Notes under the pieces: model-generated
Database searches by the model: none
What the model saw: the letters and a program-made list of their open reading frames with translations, nothing else
Told to the model about the DNA's origin: nothing
Assembly (NCBI RefSeq): GCF_009914755.1
Contig: NC_060934.1
Strand: one strand, 5' to 3'
From: the human T2T-CHM13v2.0 reference genome, Homo sapiens
Length of the DNA stretch: 64,000 nucleotides
Part shown: positions 42,267 to 56,890 of the stretch, in pieces
Numbering within the stretch: the stretch's first letter is position 1
Layout: each line of letters starts with the position of its first letter
Translations under genes and position numbers: made by a program

Positions 42267-43921
42267 TTTTTTTATTTTTATTTTATGTTCAGGGGTATGT
42301 GTGCAGGTTTGTTATATAGGTAAACTGCGTGTCATGGGGGTTTGGTGTACAGAATATTTCATCACCCAGGTAATAAGTATACTATCCAATATGTATTTTT
42401 TGTGATCCTTTCCCTTCTCCCACCCTCCATCCTCAAGGAGGCCCCAATGTCTGCTGTTCTCCTCTACGTGTCCATGTGTTCTCATCATTAGCTTCCCCTT
42501 ATAAGTGAGAACATGCAGTATTTGGTTTTCTGTTCCTGCGTTAGTTTGCTCCAGCTCCATCCATGTTGCTGCAAAGGATACTATCTCATTCCTTCTTATG
42601 GCTGCATAGTATTTCATAGTGTATATGTACCACATGTTCTTTATCCAATCTACCAGAAATGGACATTTAGGTTGATTCCATGTCTTTGCTGTTGTGAATA
42701 GTCCTGCAATGTGTCTTTATGGTAGAACTATTTATATTCCTTTGGGTATATACCCAATAATGGAATGGCTGGGTCGAATGTTAATTCTGTTTTAAGTTAT
42801 TTGAGGAATCACAACACTGCTTTCCACAATGGCTGAACTAATTTACACTCCCACCAGCAGTGTATAAGCATTCTCTTTTCTCAGCAACCTCACCAGAATC
42901 TGTTATTTTTTGACTTTTTAATAATGGTAATTCTGACTGGTGTGAGATGGTATCTCATTGTGCTTTGATTTGCATTTCTCTAAAGATCAGTGATGTTGAG
43001 CATGTTTTCATATGCTTGTTACCCACATGAATTTCTTCTTTTGAAGTGTCTGTTCATATCCTTTGCCCACTGTTTAATGAGATTATTTGTTTTTTGCTTA
43101 TAAATTTGCTTAAGTTCTTTAACGATTCTGGATATTAGATCTTTGTCAGATGCATAGTTTGCAAATATTTTCTCCCATTCTGTAGGTTGTCTGTTTACTT
43201 TGTTGACGTTCATTTTGCTGTGCAGAAACTCTTTAGTTTAATGAGGTCTCATTTGTCACTTTCTGTTTTTGTTGCAATTGCCTTTGGCATCTTTGACATA
43301 AAATCTTTGCTAGTTTCTATGTGTAGGAATGGTATTTCCTAGGTTAACTTCTAGGGTTTTCATAGTTTTAGGTTTTACATTTATGTCTTTAATTCATCTT
43401 GAGTTTATTTTTGTACATGTTATGAAGAAGGGGTCCAGTTTCAATCTGCTTATGGTTCGCCAGCTACCCCAGCACCAGTTATGGAATAGGAAGTCCTTTC
43501 TCCATTGCTGGTTTTTGTCAGCTTTGTCGAAGATCAGATGGTTGTAGGTGTGTGGCATTATTTCTGGGCTCTCTATTCTATTCCATGGTGACATATGTCT
43601 GTTTTTGTACCAGTACCATGTTGGCTGTTTTGATTACTGTAGCCTTGTAGTATAGTATAAAGTCAGGTAATGTGATGCCTCCAGCTTTGTTCTTTTTGCT
43701 TATGATTGCCTTGGCTATTTGGGCTATTTTTTGGTTCCATATGAATTTTAAAATAGCTTTTTCTAATTCTGTGAAGAATGTCATTGGTAGTTTGATGGGA
43801 ATAGCATTGAATCTGTAAATTGCTTTGGACAGTATGGCCATTTTACTAATATTGATTCTTCTATCCATGAGCATGAGATATTTTTCAATTTGTTTGTGTC
43901 ATCTCTGATTTCTTTGAGCAG
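42267..43921 (-). mobile_element. 5'-truncated older L1PA (L1PA13-15-like), ORF2 3' part and 3' UTR
   Basis: Broken ORF2 peptides ([40 protein letters not shown]) and the diagnostic 3' UTR gtgcaggtttgttatataggtaaactgcgtgtcatggggg. Confidence 0.93.
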
Positions 43922-45400
43922 GCACAGGATTTTCAAAGCTATGTTGCTTGTTAGAAGCCAATGGAACAATACCTTCAAAGGTTTTTTATTTGTTTGTTTG
44001 TTTGCTTTAAACAGAGTCTCCCTCTTTTGCCAAAGCTGGAGTGCAGTGGTGTGATCTCACTGCAACCTCTGCCTCCCAGGCTCAAGGGGTTCTCAAGTCT
44101 CAGCCTTCTGAGTAGCTGGGATTACAGGCATGTGCCACCATGCCCAGCTAATTTTTGTATTTTTAGAAGAGACAAGGCTTCTCCATGTTGGCCAGGTTGG
44201 GTCTCAAACTCCTAGCCTCAAGTGATTCACCCTCCTTGGCCTCCCAAAGTGCTGGGATTACAGGCATGAGCCACTTCATCCAACCACCTTCAAAGTCTTG
44301 TTCTATTTTAAACCTTCAATTCTATACCCAGTCAAACTATCAGTCAACAGGAAGACAGAATAAGAACGTTTTGAGGCATGCAAGATATAGAAATCCTAGC
44401 TCCCAAGTCAATTTTTAAGGATTTGTTCAGTTATGTAATAAGGAAACAAACTATAGAAAGGAGAGACCCTGAGACTAGAAATCATTAGATTAAATCCAGG
44501 AGAGAATAAAGCAAAATTCAAAAATGACAGCTGCACAATAGGTCTAAAGATCAAACAGTGCAGGTTAGAAAGAGGGCTTTAGGAGGTCTCCATGAAAAAA
44601 CAAAATCTATAGGCAAGATGATGTAATCGAGAGCTTGGATAAAAGTTGAGAATTTATGCAGGGTAATAGAGGAGAATCAATTTTAACTTAGTGTCAGGAA
44701 CATTTTACACAGCTGCTCAGGGCCAATTCAGAAAAGAAAACACAATTACAGCAGAGCACTTATTTTTGCAGTGAACATTATTTCCAAAATCATAGCAATG
44801 TAAATGGTATTCATTGGTTTTGAAACCTTGAAACAAACTTTTAGACGACATTCACTGAAGACTAACTGAATGCGTATAAGAATATAAAAGCTAGAACCTT
44901 GATAATAGAAAAGGACAGCTGACAAGATTGAGAAGTAGGAGAAAAAAGAGGTGGATGAATGGATGAAAGGGTTGAGGGAAGGGTAAGTGGGTTCTCAGTA
45001 AGTAGGACTTTCAATGGGAAAAAAAAGTTAATCATGTTATTTGATTTTTCAAAAATCACCAGTTGAGGAACTTAAAATTGTGAATTAACCAACTTGGAAG
45101 AAAGAGTAGATGTGGAAGAAAATTTAGCTAAATCTTCTTCTTCCATAGCTATTATTTTAAAAAGCAGTATTTAAAATTGGAAAATCCAGAAATAAAAATA
45201 GATGTATGCAGCTCATACCTATGAAGTAAAACAAAAATTTATAAAAAATTAAGAGTGAGTCCCCATGGACTGCAGAACTAGGGACAAGAGGGAAGGAAAG
45301 CAGCAGGAGAAGTTCTTTTCATTATGAAACTATCCAGACTGATTTTTTTAGTCCCTGTCACATTAGTAATATCCTTTTCCAAAAAGAGTTTAGAAATTAT
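43922..45400 (+). mobile_element. HAL1-like element, 3' part (interrupted by an Alu)
   Basis: ORF1p-like peptides RSQWNNTFK (43953-43979) and ILYPVKLSV (from 44319), then HAL1-type atgacagctgcacaataggtctaaagatcaaacagtgcagg, with no ORF2 downstream. The 3' boundary is approximate. Confidence 0.62.
43981..44285 (-). mobile_element. Alu (AluSz/Jb-like)
   Basis: Antisense dimer with ctcctagcctcaagtgat. Perfect TSD accttcaaag at 43971-43980 and 44286-44295. Confidence 0.95.
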
Positions 45401-45465
45401 CTTTTATAAAAGAAATGTTGTAATTTATAAAAGGAAGTAAACTACAGTCTAAAAGGTCTGATTTT

Positions 45466-47199
<1,734 letters not shown>

Positions 47200-47329
47200 G
47201 TCTGATGTTAATGGCATATCCAAACCTGAACTTCTAATAACTGGCTCCATAATTTCTGCTCCCACCAAAGTCCGTATGGTCTTTGTTTCCTATTTTCCTT
47301 TAAAAGAGAAGAATGACTTATAGCAGTGC

Positions 47330-47740
47330 TCCTGAACTGAGTCAACTACCAGGAGATAAAGAATAACTAGGCCACACCCAATCCAGACCAAGTGAATCAA
47401 ACTTCCCAAGGGACCCCTTATTTTTAACCATTGTCCCCAGGGATTCCCACAGACCCACAACATGGTCATGACCACTCTGACCAAGCCAGGTATGGCTGGA
47501 TCCTCCACATGGGGATGGAAGGATGGGGGCTCCTGCATGGTGCACCCTATCATTCCTCAGCCTCTGCAATGGAAGGAGGGCACGGCTTTGGCCTGGAAAT
47601 GCCACACATCACTCATGTCAGCCTCTACCAGAAAGGCCTTGGCCACCTCCACTGCAAGGGAAGTAGGAAAATGGAAATGAAATGAAATGTGAGACCAGGA
47701 AGAAGGGAAGGCCGACTTTAGTGACTGATTAGCCACTTGT
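47330..47740. mobile_element. Old MLT1-type MaLR LTR remnant
   Basis: ggaaatgccacacatcactc...ggccacctccactgcaagggaagtaggaaaatg resembles the MLT1J/K motif ccacacctaactgcaagggaggctgggaaatg. Confidence 0.45.
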
Positions 47741-49389
47741 GTACAGAACCAAAGCACGGGTCACAGAAGAATCCTCTCCCAGCTAAGATGACCCTCAGTG
47801 TTAACTCATGAGGCCAGAGCCTGCTGTCCCCAGGGAGAAAGGCCTGTCTGGCCCCAGACATACACCCCCTGCCCCACATAAGGGGAACCCAGTGAACACA
47901 GTGATGGGCTAGGCTTTACTTTTTATGTCATGAGCTGGTGTTCAGACTGCCAGGTCCCTGTCTGGGTGGCTACTTACTCTTTACTTCATTCCTAAGTTGC
48001 CCTCAATCAAAGTGATGACGTCTACATTCAGCCAAGTGTGGCCATCTGGGAACATGACCCCAGCTACATCGGTTCCTTTAGACACACCCCTAAAGCCCTG
48101 AATCAACAGAAGGACCCCAGTGAAGAGGGTGCAGGACTCTTCCAAAGGAGACAAGTTCAAGATGCTCCCTCCACACCAGTGCAGCAGACAGAGACCATGG
48201 GGGTAGTCAACAGGGTCGGCCTGTGCTGGCAGTGGCACTGCCCCCATAGGTAGTTTGGAAACAGTATTCTGGAAGAGAATAAAATGAGGCACATTGGCCT
48301 TTGTGGCTTCCTCTATTTAAAATGGGTTTGATAGAAAGCAAAAGAGAAAAATGAAAAATGTTATTTTGATGTTTAGTGTCATATTGACATACTATGAATC
48401 TTACACATCTATCATTCAATGATATTTAATGTTGTGACATTTAAGATAAACATTTATACTAGTTCCTAGTGTGAACTCTCTAGGATATTTTCCAAATATC
48501 AGAGAAAGCTTTCTTGAAGTTAATCTCCCACAGGGGATTATTTTTTTTTAAAACAGTATTTTCAACTACAGCTGGTCTAAGGCCTTTTGTTCATTCCAAA
48601 CACACAGAAAGACAGAGTCATGCAGTCAATATACAGGTTTTTCCATCAATTTAACAAATAAATAAATTGAGAATGGACTACGAACATCCAGCATGATGCC
48701 TAAATACTTACAATTTAAAAAGATAGCCATGAAGCGGCAAATCTCTTTCTAAAGCTACCTTCAGTGCGGTAAAAATGGGTTGTGCCTAAATATACATTCA
48801 AAAGGTGTTTACCTGATTTACCTGACTCACAGTGAAGCAAGAGGTTTGCAGACCTGAACTGCAGGGAGATTCAACCCTGCTGATGGCGGCCCACCTTCCA
48901 CTTGGCCTGGGCCATGATGGTGGCAGTGAGAAGTCAGCTGGCTGGATGCAGGTCCCAGGAGTTCAGAGACTGAGCTCCTTGAAGGATAGTGGGTGACCAG
49001 GCTGGGCCATGCAAAAGGCCTGAATCTTCTGGCTTAGGAGTCAGCCAAAGTCCCCAGATAACCATAAAGCAACTAACTACCATGGCCTCCTTTCTGAGTC
49101 CAGCCATTGAGGGTGCCATGGACCCTCCAATCTGTGTCCTCTGCCCCAGCCCCTTGGAGGAAAAAGCCATTCCCTCAAGTAGCCCTCCCCCTATTGCCTT
49201 CTACAACCTACAGTAGTTTAGTAGACTGTCCTGCTCCCCAAGCCAGTCACCCCAGAACAGATATCAGCTGGTTGATCAACAGAGACAGTTAAAGTGAGGA
49301 TTAAGTATTTATCATAATCAGTATTATTTGTAAAATTAGAATATATTATGATATAGTAAATATTCACTTACTTGTATACATGTTTGTAT

Positions 49390-49410
49390 ACACACACACA
49401 CACACACACA
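49390..49410 (+). repeat. (CA)10 microsatellite
   Basis: Read directly. Confidence 0.9.
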
Positions 49411-50045
49411 TACATGAATATACATGTAACCTAACTGTATTATTTTAATTGCCATTTCTCTATTTGGTCATCTTTGAGGGTGGGCCTACAGAATCCAAGC
49501 CCTTTCATCTTATCTTTCTTCTGTTAATTGCATCTCAGTATGCTGCCTACAATTGTTCAAGTTCACAGTTACTTGTAAATATTCTGTGCAAGTCTCCCCA
49601 AGTGTAGCAGCAGCCTAGATTTTTGTAATTTCCCCTAGTCTTTTAGAATTGTCTTTCTAGACTGTTAGCACTTCTCTCTCATCATTGTGGTCACATCTTC
49701 CTGGTCCTAAAAAACTCCTTCCTCAGTCCACCCCCTCTTTCTACTCCTGCCTTCTCTCTTTTCTCCTGTAAACAAGGAAACTCAAGTCTTCTGTCCTGTC
49801 TCCACCACCTCACCAACCACTCACTCCTCAACTTCACTTACTGAAACATGCTTTCTAATGAATAATGGAGCAGAGTCAATGCTGGTAAGAAGATACGTTA
49901 CATTAAATATAATGTCCATGGATTTGGGATCCTGATTGAAAAATGACTTCAAGAAGATAAAACTTACCGCTCATCTGGATAACAGTTAAAACATCCAAAA
50001 CAGGAATACATGGTACTCCGTAAGGAAAGACAAAGCTTGAAGCAA

Positions 50046-51101
50046 CAAAGACTTCATGACTCAAACACCAAAAGCAATGGCAACAAAAGCCAAAGTAGAC
50101 AAATGGGATCTAATTAAACTAAGGAGCTTCTGCACAGCAAAAGAAACTACCATCAGAGTGAACAGGCAACCTACAGAATGGGAAAAAATTTTTGCAATCT
50201 ACCCATCTGACAAAGGGCTAATATCCAGAATCTACAAAGAACTCAAACAAATATACAAGAAAAAAACAAACAAGCTCATCAAAAAGTGTGTAAAGGATAT
50301 GAACAGATACTTCTCAAAAGAAGACACCTATGCAGCCAACAGACACATGAAAAAATGCTCATCATCACTGGTCATCAGAGAAATGCAAATCAAAACCACA
50401 ATGAGATACCATCTCACACCAGTTAGATTGGCAATCATTAAAAAGTCAGGAAGGAATAGATGCTGGAGAGGATGTGGAGAAATAGGAATGCTTTTACACT
50501 GTTGCTGGGAGTGTAGACTAGTTCAACCATTGTGGAAGACAGTGTGGCAATTCCTCAAGGATCTAGCACTAGAATTACCATTTGACCCAGCCATCCCATT
50601 ACTGGGTATATACCCAAAGGATTATAAATCATGCTGCTATAAAGACACATGCACACATATGTTTATTACAGCACTCTTCACAATAGCAAAGACTTGGAAC
50701 CAACCCAAATGTCCATCAGTGATAGATTGGATTAAGAAAATGTGGCACATATACACTGTGGAATACTATGCAGCCATAAAAAAGGGTGAGTTAATGTCCT
50801 TTGCAGGGACATGGATGAAGCTGGAAACCATCATTCTCAGCAAACTATCACAAGGACAGAAAACCAAACACTGCATGTTCTCAGTCATAGGTGGGAACTG
50901 AGCAATGAGATCACTTGGACACAGGGTGGGGAACGTCACACCTGTCGGGGGGGTGGGGGCTGGGGGAGGGATAGCATTAGGAGAAATACTTAATGTAAAT
51001 GATGAGCTGATGGGTGCAGCAAACCAACATGGCACATATATACCTACCTATCAAACCTGCACGTTGTGCACATGTACCCTTAACTTAAAGTATAATAATA
51101 A

Positions 51102-51103
<2 letters not shown>
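50046..51103 (+). mobile_element. 5'-truncated L1PA (L1PA6-like), ORF2 C-terminus and 3' UTR
   Basis: ORF 50056-50901 is the L1 ORF2p C-terminal 281 aa through to the natural end (...FSVIGGN*). 3' UTR gggggctgggggagggatagcattaggagaaata...gcagcaaaccaacatggcac. Confidence 0.96.
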
Positions 51104-51189
<86 letters not shown>

Positions 51190-51191
51190 AA
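51104..51191 (+). repeat. Pure (GAAA)22 microsatellite in the L1 tail
   Basis: Read directly. Confidence 0.97.
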
Positions 51192-51204
51192 AGAGCATTT
51201 ATTT

Positions 51205-51350
51205 CACGAACAGGGAACTCCAGTTCAAATCTTGGCTCTGCTCTGATGAGCTGTGTCACTCTCTTTGCACTGCAATCCTATCATCTGTATAATAAGAATA
51301 GGAATTGAACACATAGCAAAAGTTGTTTTAGGAATAAAGTTAGAAAATAA
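51205..51350 (+). mobile_element. MIR SINE
   Basis: gttcaaatcttggctctgctctgatgagctgtgtcact...tcatctgtataataagaata. Confidence 0.65.
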
Positions 51351-51460
51351 ATTCAGTCAACAAGCTCTACACAAACATCCTTAATTACAAAGGGATGCTT
51401 TCCATAGACATAAACTTGAAGGCATTTGTTAATTGTTGCCCTCAGTATTTAGTTTCAGTT

Positions 51461-51990
51461 TGTCTGTGTGTTTGTGTGTGTTTTGTAGTGTCCTTGCATG
51501 TATATGTTTGTGTGTGTTTGCCGGTTTTGTTGTGTGTTTACATGTATGTTTGAGTGTATGTGTGTCTGCTTGTGTATCTGCTATGTGTTTTGTAGTGTGC
51601 TGTGTGTGTCTGCTTATGTGTTTTGTAGTGTGCTTGCCTGTGTGTTTGCCTGTGTGTCTGTCTGTGTTTGCTTGTGTGGTTTGTAGTGTGCTTGTGTATG
51701 TGTGTGCATTTGCACATTTGCATGTGTTTGTGAGTGTGTCTGCTTATGTGTTTTGTAGTGTGCTTCCATGTATGTTTGTGTGTTTGTGTGTCTGCTGGTG
51801 TTTGCTTGTGTTTTGTAATGTGCTTGTGTGTATATGTGTGTGTGTTTGCGTGTTTGCATGTGTGTCTGCTTGTGTGGTAGTGTGCTTGTGTGTGTGTTTG
51901 CGTGTTTACATGTGTGTTTGCATGTATGTCTGCTTGTGTTTGGTAGTGTGCTTGTGTGTGTGTTTGTGTGTGCATTTGTGTGTGTGTTTG
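51461..51990 (+). repeat. Degenerate TG-rich low-complexity array
   Basis: Built from gtgtgt/gtttgc/ctgcttg units with a recurrent gtgttttgtagtgtgcttg motif. Confidence 0.9.
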
Positions 51991-52139
51991 TTTTATCATT
52001 GCTTTCTCTTTCAAGCTTCCGTCTGATGCTTTAGCCTGAAGTGCAAGGCTGACCTGATATGGATCCAGGGAGAAAGAATAAAATTTCATGTGAAAAACTT
52101 AATTCATCCTGAGAGGCAGATGGGAGGCATTTCCGCCAG

Positions 52140-52620
52140 GGATTAGTTAATTTTAAGTATGAAAACACAACTTTAATTCAAGCAAAGAGGTAGATTTATT
52201 ACGGCCCATACCGGAGAAATCTGAGAAAGATTGGCTCTCTCTCTTTGTGCATATCTTAGAAACAGTTTTTCTCAGGTTAGGTTCACCCTCAGGTGGGTTG
52301 CAGTTGCTGCAAGCTATATGGTCCCAGGTTAGGTCCCAAAGAAATGGAAGAGACCTGTCCTGCTGTGGCCTTCTGTCCTGCTGCGGCCTTCCGGCCAACC
52401 TCAGACTAGGTCTCCCCGACCCAGGGGAGTGTAGAACCCAGCCAGGCAAACCAGTACCGGCATCCATGAGTGAGGTTGTCTGATTGGCCAGCCAGGAAGA
52501 TCTGACTGGCCAGCCCAAGAGGAGGGATAATCTGATTGGCCAGCCTATGGGAAGTAAGGTGGGGTCATGGGCTTCAGGGCTCACCTAGAATCATAGGGCT
52601 GTAAAAAAACCACCCAAGGT
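52140..52620. mobile_element. Possible old MLT1-type LTR remnant
   Basis: aaaacacaactttaattcaagcaaagaggtagatttatt resembles an MLT1 terminus, and tctgattggcc motifs also occur in MLT1 families. Confidence 0.35.
52479..52545 (-). promoter_or_regulatory. Triplicated 15-mer with CCAAT (NF-Y-type) boxes
   Basis: tctgattggccagcc (52479), tctgactggccagcc (52501), tctgattggccagcc (52531). Confidence 0.45.
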
Positions 52621-53301
52621 CCGCTATCTGGGGCCATCTGACTTGCATTACTCCACTGAGCACATAAGTCTCTCCATATGCGGTAAAGAACCAGGTGGAC
52701 ACCTGAAATTTTCAGCCCCATGATTTGTCATTTTGTATATTTTCATGCGAAGACAGGGAAGATGTATATAGCCACAGATACTCGTGGAAAAACTCCAGGT
52801 CGGGTTGAGCTTAACAAAACTGGGAGACAGAAGTTATGGTGACCTCTGATCAGATGCAGATGATGTTGTTTGGACATAACTGTTCTGCAGCAATAGGCAT
52901 CTCTCCTGGGGCCTCTGCCTCTCATCCCTGCTGTTCAGGCATGGCCAAAGCCCAGGTCCCCTGTAGCCTCTGGGGACTCAGGTGACCTGGCCCTCACTCC
53001 CCACAGTCACCTGAAGACTCTGTTTAGCTCTCTTGCCAGTACTGCCACAAGTCCTATATGGTAGGTAGAGATTTGATTGGAGAGAAGCCTACCAAAGTCA
53101 GACGTGGGTGTGCCAGTCCTCTTTATGGCCAAGGCGTGTACTTAAAGGGTGATGTTGGGGGTCCTGGTGCATCCTCTGACCCAGGGATTGTCCCTTTCTT
53201 GAAATGAGAGCAGGGACAGCCAGCTTCTGCTGAGGCTGCCTGTCGGATGATCCTGGCCCCTTGGTCTCTCTCTTTTATTCTTGTCCTGTGCGATCACTTA
53301 C

Positions 53302-53366
53302 CTCCGGTATAGGTAACGCAGCCTGCATTTGATGGAAGTCCTTCTAACTAGTAAGCGTCTCCTAGG
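53302..53366 (-). other. Candidate non-coding exon (65 nt)
   Basis: Minus-strand acceptor ttcagttgtcctttcAG (53368-53367) and donor GAG|GTAAGT (53301-53296). Confidence 0.28.
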
Positions 53367-56300
53367 CTGAAAGGACAACTGAAAATCCTGTGTATTTTTG
53401 CTTCTTTATTTTAAAAAAATTCAGTTTTGAAACTGTGATCCACCAAAAATAAAATATGTACTTAAATTTTTACACTAAGAAATGTATCTGTTCATCATGA
53501 CCAATAAATATCTTATGTGGCTAAGCAATGTTTGACTTTCACCTAAAATTTGTCATCCGAAATATGGACATCTAAAGCCCGTTTGAAGCAAGATTGAACT
53601 TGAAGACATACCTCATTTTTATATTTTGTAAGCAGGAAAAAAGCTAGTCACATCTAGGTCTTATCTATAAGTATCTATTAAGGTCAAGAGGTGGAAGCTG
53701 CTCTAAAAATGATGCCGCCGAAGATACTTTCTAGTCTCCCAAACCATTTTCTTGGCAAAAATATAGCAGCTGCATTGGGGTATCCTGGAAGCAAAGAGAC
53801 CCACATCTCAGCGAGGGGTTAAGGTAAAGTCAGCCCCTGGGTATAAGAGAGGCTGCTAAGAGATGTAGCCCGAGACAGCTGAGTGGTCGCCTGTGGTCAA
53901 GCGGCATCTTGTAATTCTATTAGGGTGTTAGATTCAAATGCAGAATTAGCTGTTGCCTACGCAGAATTATGTTAAACACGGGCCAGACTGAAAATCAATA
54001 TTCTGCTTAAGTAACTGGCCCTCCAGTAATTTAATGAAGCTAAATTGCATTACACAGCGGCAAGGTGGAGGGGCCACTCTATCTCAACCCTTCCATTACA
54101 CAGGGGCTGTGCAGCACTGTGCCTAAAGAGAAATTAAACACATACTCATTTTTTTTCCTGAAGTTGGAACTGTGCTTTTTACACCAGATTACTTGTCTGC
54201 TTCTTTAATTTAAAATCAGAGTAAATAATTTGCAGTTCCATAATCAAAAAAGAACTAGAGACTCATAACAAGAAAGAAAGATAGCTGGAGGAATATTGGA
54301 AAATAATGCTTTTCTTAAATCCATAAGAAAAGAACTTGGGGGTGGTGAGTGGGAAAGGGGTGAGCTTTCAGTTGTAACCTATATATTAAAATGTAATTGT
54401 AAAGGCTTCAAATTGACACCGTAATTAATCAAGGCCACAATTTCATTAAGGACCACAAAGCCAATGTGGAGAAAATTTTCTTTGAAACTTACATATAAAT
54501 ATGTATAAAATAAGAAATTTTTAAAGCATTATTGTTTTGGTCATCATGCATTTCACAGGTTGCTTTGCAATTGCTTTTCTTCCTTCCTTTGGTTGCGGTA
54601 TATGTGTGTGAGGTATAAGTGTGCATGTGTGTGTGCTTGTGAGTGCCATATGACAACTACAAGTTTGCTAAGCTCAGAACCCTTCAACATAACACCTGAA
54701 ATGGGCATCTTCTCATTTAAGGTTTCACTACAAGAACTTCAAGCTCTCCACACAGTCAGAATGCACTCATTATGAGATTCGAACCACAGAAGTTTGCACT
54801 AAAGATGATTGACAATAGAAAAGAGGTGTCGTTGCATCGTTTCAAAGTTATTGGCAACTCATTTATTTATTATTCAGCTGCAAACTTCGTCTATATGAAA
54901 CACCTCACAGACTTATGTCCAAAACTCCAAATTAAAATGACAATAATTGAATGTTGCTTAGGATGGGATAATATAAAAAACAGAAATTTTTCCTTTATAG
55001 ATGCCAATTTGGATATTCTGGGATCCAATAAGACGTATGAACTATGTGAGCCACTATCTCTGAGAATTTCACGTTTGGAATCTGTATATATATGAAGTTA
55101 ATTGGCATTTATCACCGGCTCTCCTGGCTCTTCCCATTATTCTTAATCTCTTGGTCTGGAAAGGACACAAGATATCAACAAAGAGTGACAATGAAAATGA
55201 TTCTTGACCACAAAACCTTGAGTTCCGAATCTTTAAACAGCTTTCCACCGCGGACTGAAGCAGAGTCAAGTTCATCTGAAATGTCTTCTGAAACGCTGTG
55301 ACTGCTATAGATGAAAGGTTATTTATGTTCTCAATTTAGACATGGTTACATCTTCATTCCTTAGTTAAATATCTTCATCATAGAAAAATAGTGAATCTGA
55401 CAGTGAACAGTAATGGTAACTTAGGTAGGTCTCGTTCATGAGCTGAAAAATCCAGTTTGAAACCAATATTTACTCACTGCTGAGAATAGGAAGGTCTGGG
55501 CAGCAGTGGGAAGAAACTTTTTTTCAAACTTCTTAGTTCTGCTGCAAAAATATATTCTGTTTTATATTCTAGGATGATGACATGGGCACCAAACATACTT
55601 ATGGCCAAGATCAGATGTTCAGAGTCTGTCACCATTACAACATTTTATAGAAAAGCAACAAGTTCCACAAATCCCATTATAGAAGACGAACACTTTTAAC
55701 TGGCAACATAACAAATAACACTTTCACCTTTATTTTTAAGCATTCTCAGAAGTGTCTTAATTCTTCAAGTGACCATCTTCACAGCTCAGAATTTAAGGTG
55801 TGTTTCTGTGTTACACCATTTTTAAGTGACAAAGAACATGGTAGCTAAAATAATGAAGTTTAGAATATTATCTCAAAGGGGTTTAGCAGTGAAGTGGTTA
55901 ATGATGTTAACATATAAATGGCAATAATTACACTAGCCTAGTATGGAAAAATGGGAATATTTGGTGAGACTGAATATTGTTTCTCTTTATTCTGCTTGTA
56001 ATCGTAAGGATGATGGTGCATTCTTAATGCCTTTTTCATAAGCAGAAGAGATGGAAGCAATTTAGTGGAAACAAAAAGCAGGAAGAAAAGAGAAAACGTT
56101 TGCCAAATTCTTAACTTCTGTGGGGCTCTCACGTGGGAACTTTTGCAACTCTATTTGATAATAACAGCTGACCATTAGAATAACTTAGCAAGTGATACAT
56201 TCTGAAATACAAGCATGTATACCAAATCCTGAAAGAAAAACAAATGATTCACATACGTTTAAAAAAAAACAGTCTGATGCCACAACTAACAAAAAGGTCA

Positions 56301-56439
56301 TAAGTTCAACAACAAATGTAATTTTCAAGTATCTGCTATTTTTGATAGGTAAGAAGAAAAGTAAAAGAAATTCTCCACACTGAACGTGAGGCTCGCCTTT
56401 TCCCAGGCTTGGGTGGGGGCGGTGGGTGGGGTAATGAAT

Positions 56440-56890
56440 CAGGCAGATTCTTTTGGAAAGCAATGCTTCCAAACTTCCTCAACAGAAATTCTACTTTTTT
56501 GAAATCTACCCCAAAGAAACAGTCATAAATATGAAGTACGCTGCTCACACAGAGAGGCTCCCTCCAGGGGTGTATCTAAGAGCAAAACCACCAAAATATC
56601 CAATCAGCTTAATAAATTATGTTCAGTGCATTTGCCATAGTACTTGCCATTTACAAAGGATGTTTTTACACAAAATAGGGAAGAGCTGTGACTGGACATT
56701 AGGTGAAAAGGCACACAAAAGCCTATGTACAGAATAGTATCAATAATTCAACGTCCAGGTTAAAAAAAAAGGCTCATTTACCAAAATATTAACAAAAGGA
56801 GGTGAGTTTATGGCCGATTATAATGTTTCTGATAATTTTTTACATTTTTAAAAAGTTCTGTCATGGCCATGTACTAGTCTTGTAATGTTA
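56440..56890 (+). mobile_element. L1ME-type 3' remnant
   Basis: ttttggaaagcaat...aattctactttttgaaatctaccccaaagaaa...aataaattatg...accaaaatattaaca, highly diverged. Confidence 0.55.

Noticed and set aside
51433-52089. 197-aa Cys/Val-rich and 183-aa His/Thr-rich ORFs
   Set aside because: Artefacts of the TG/CA low-complexity array.
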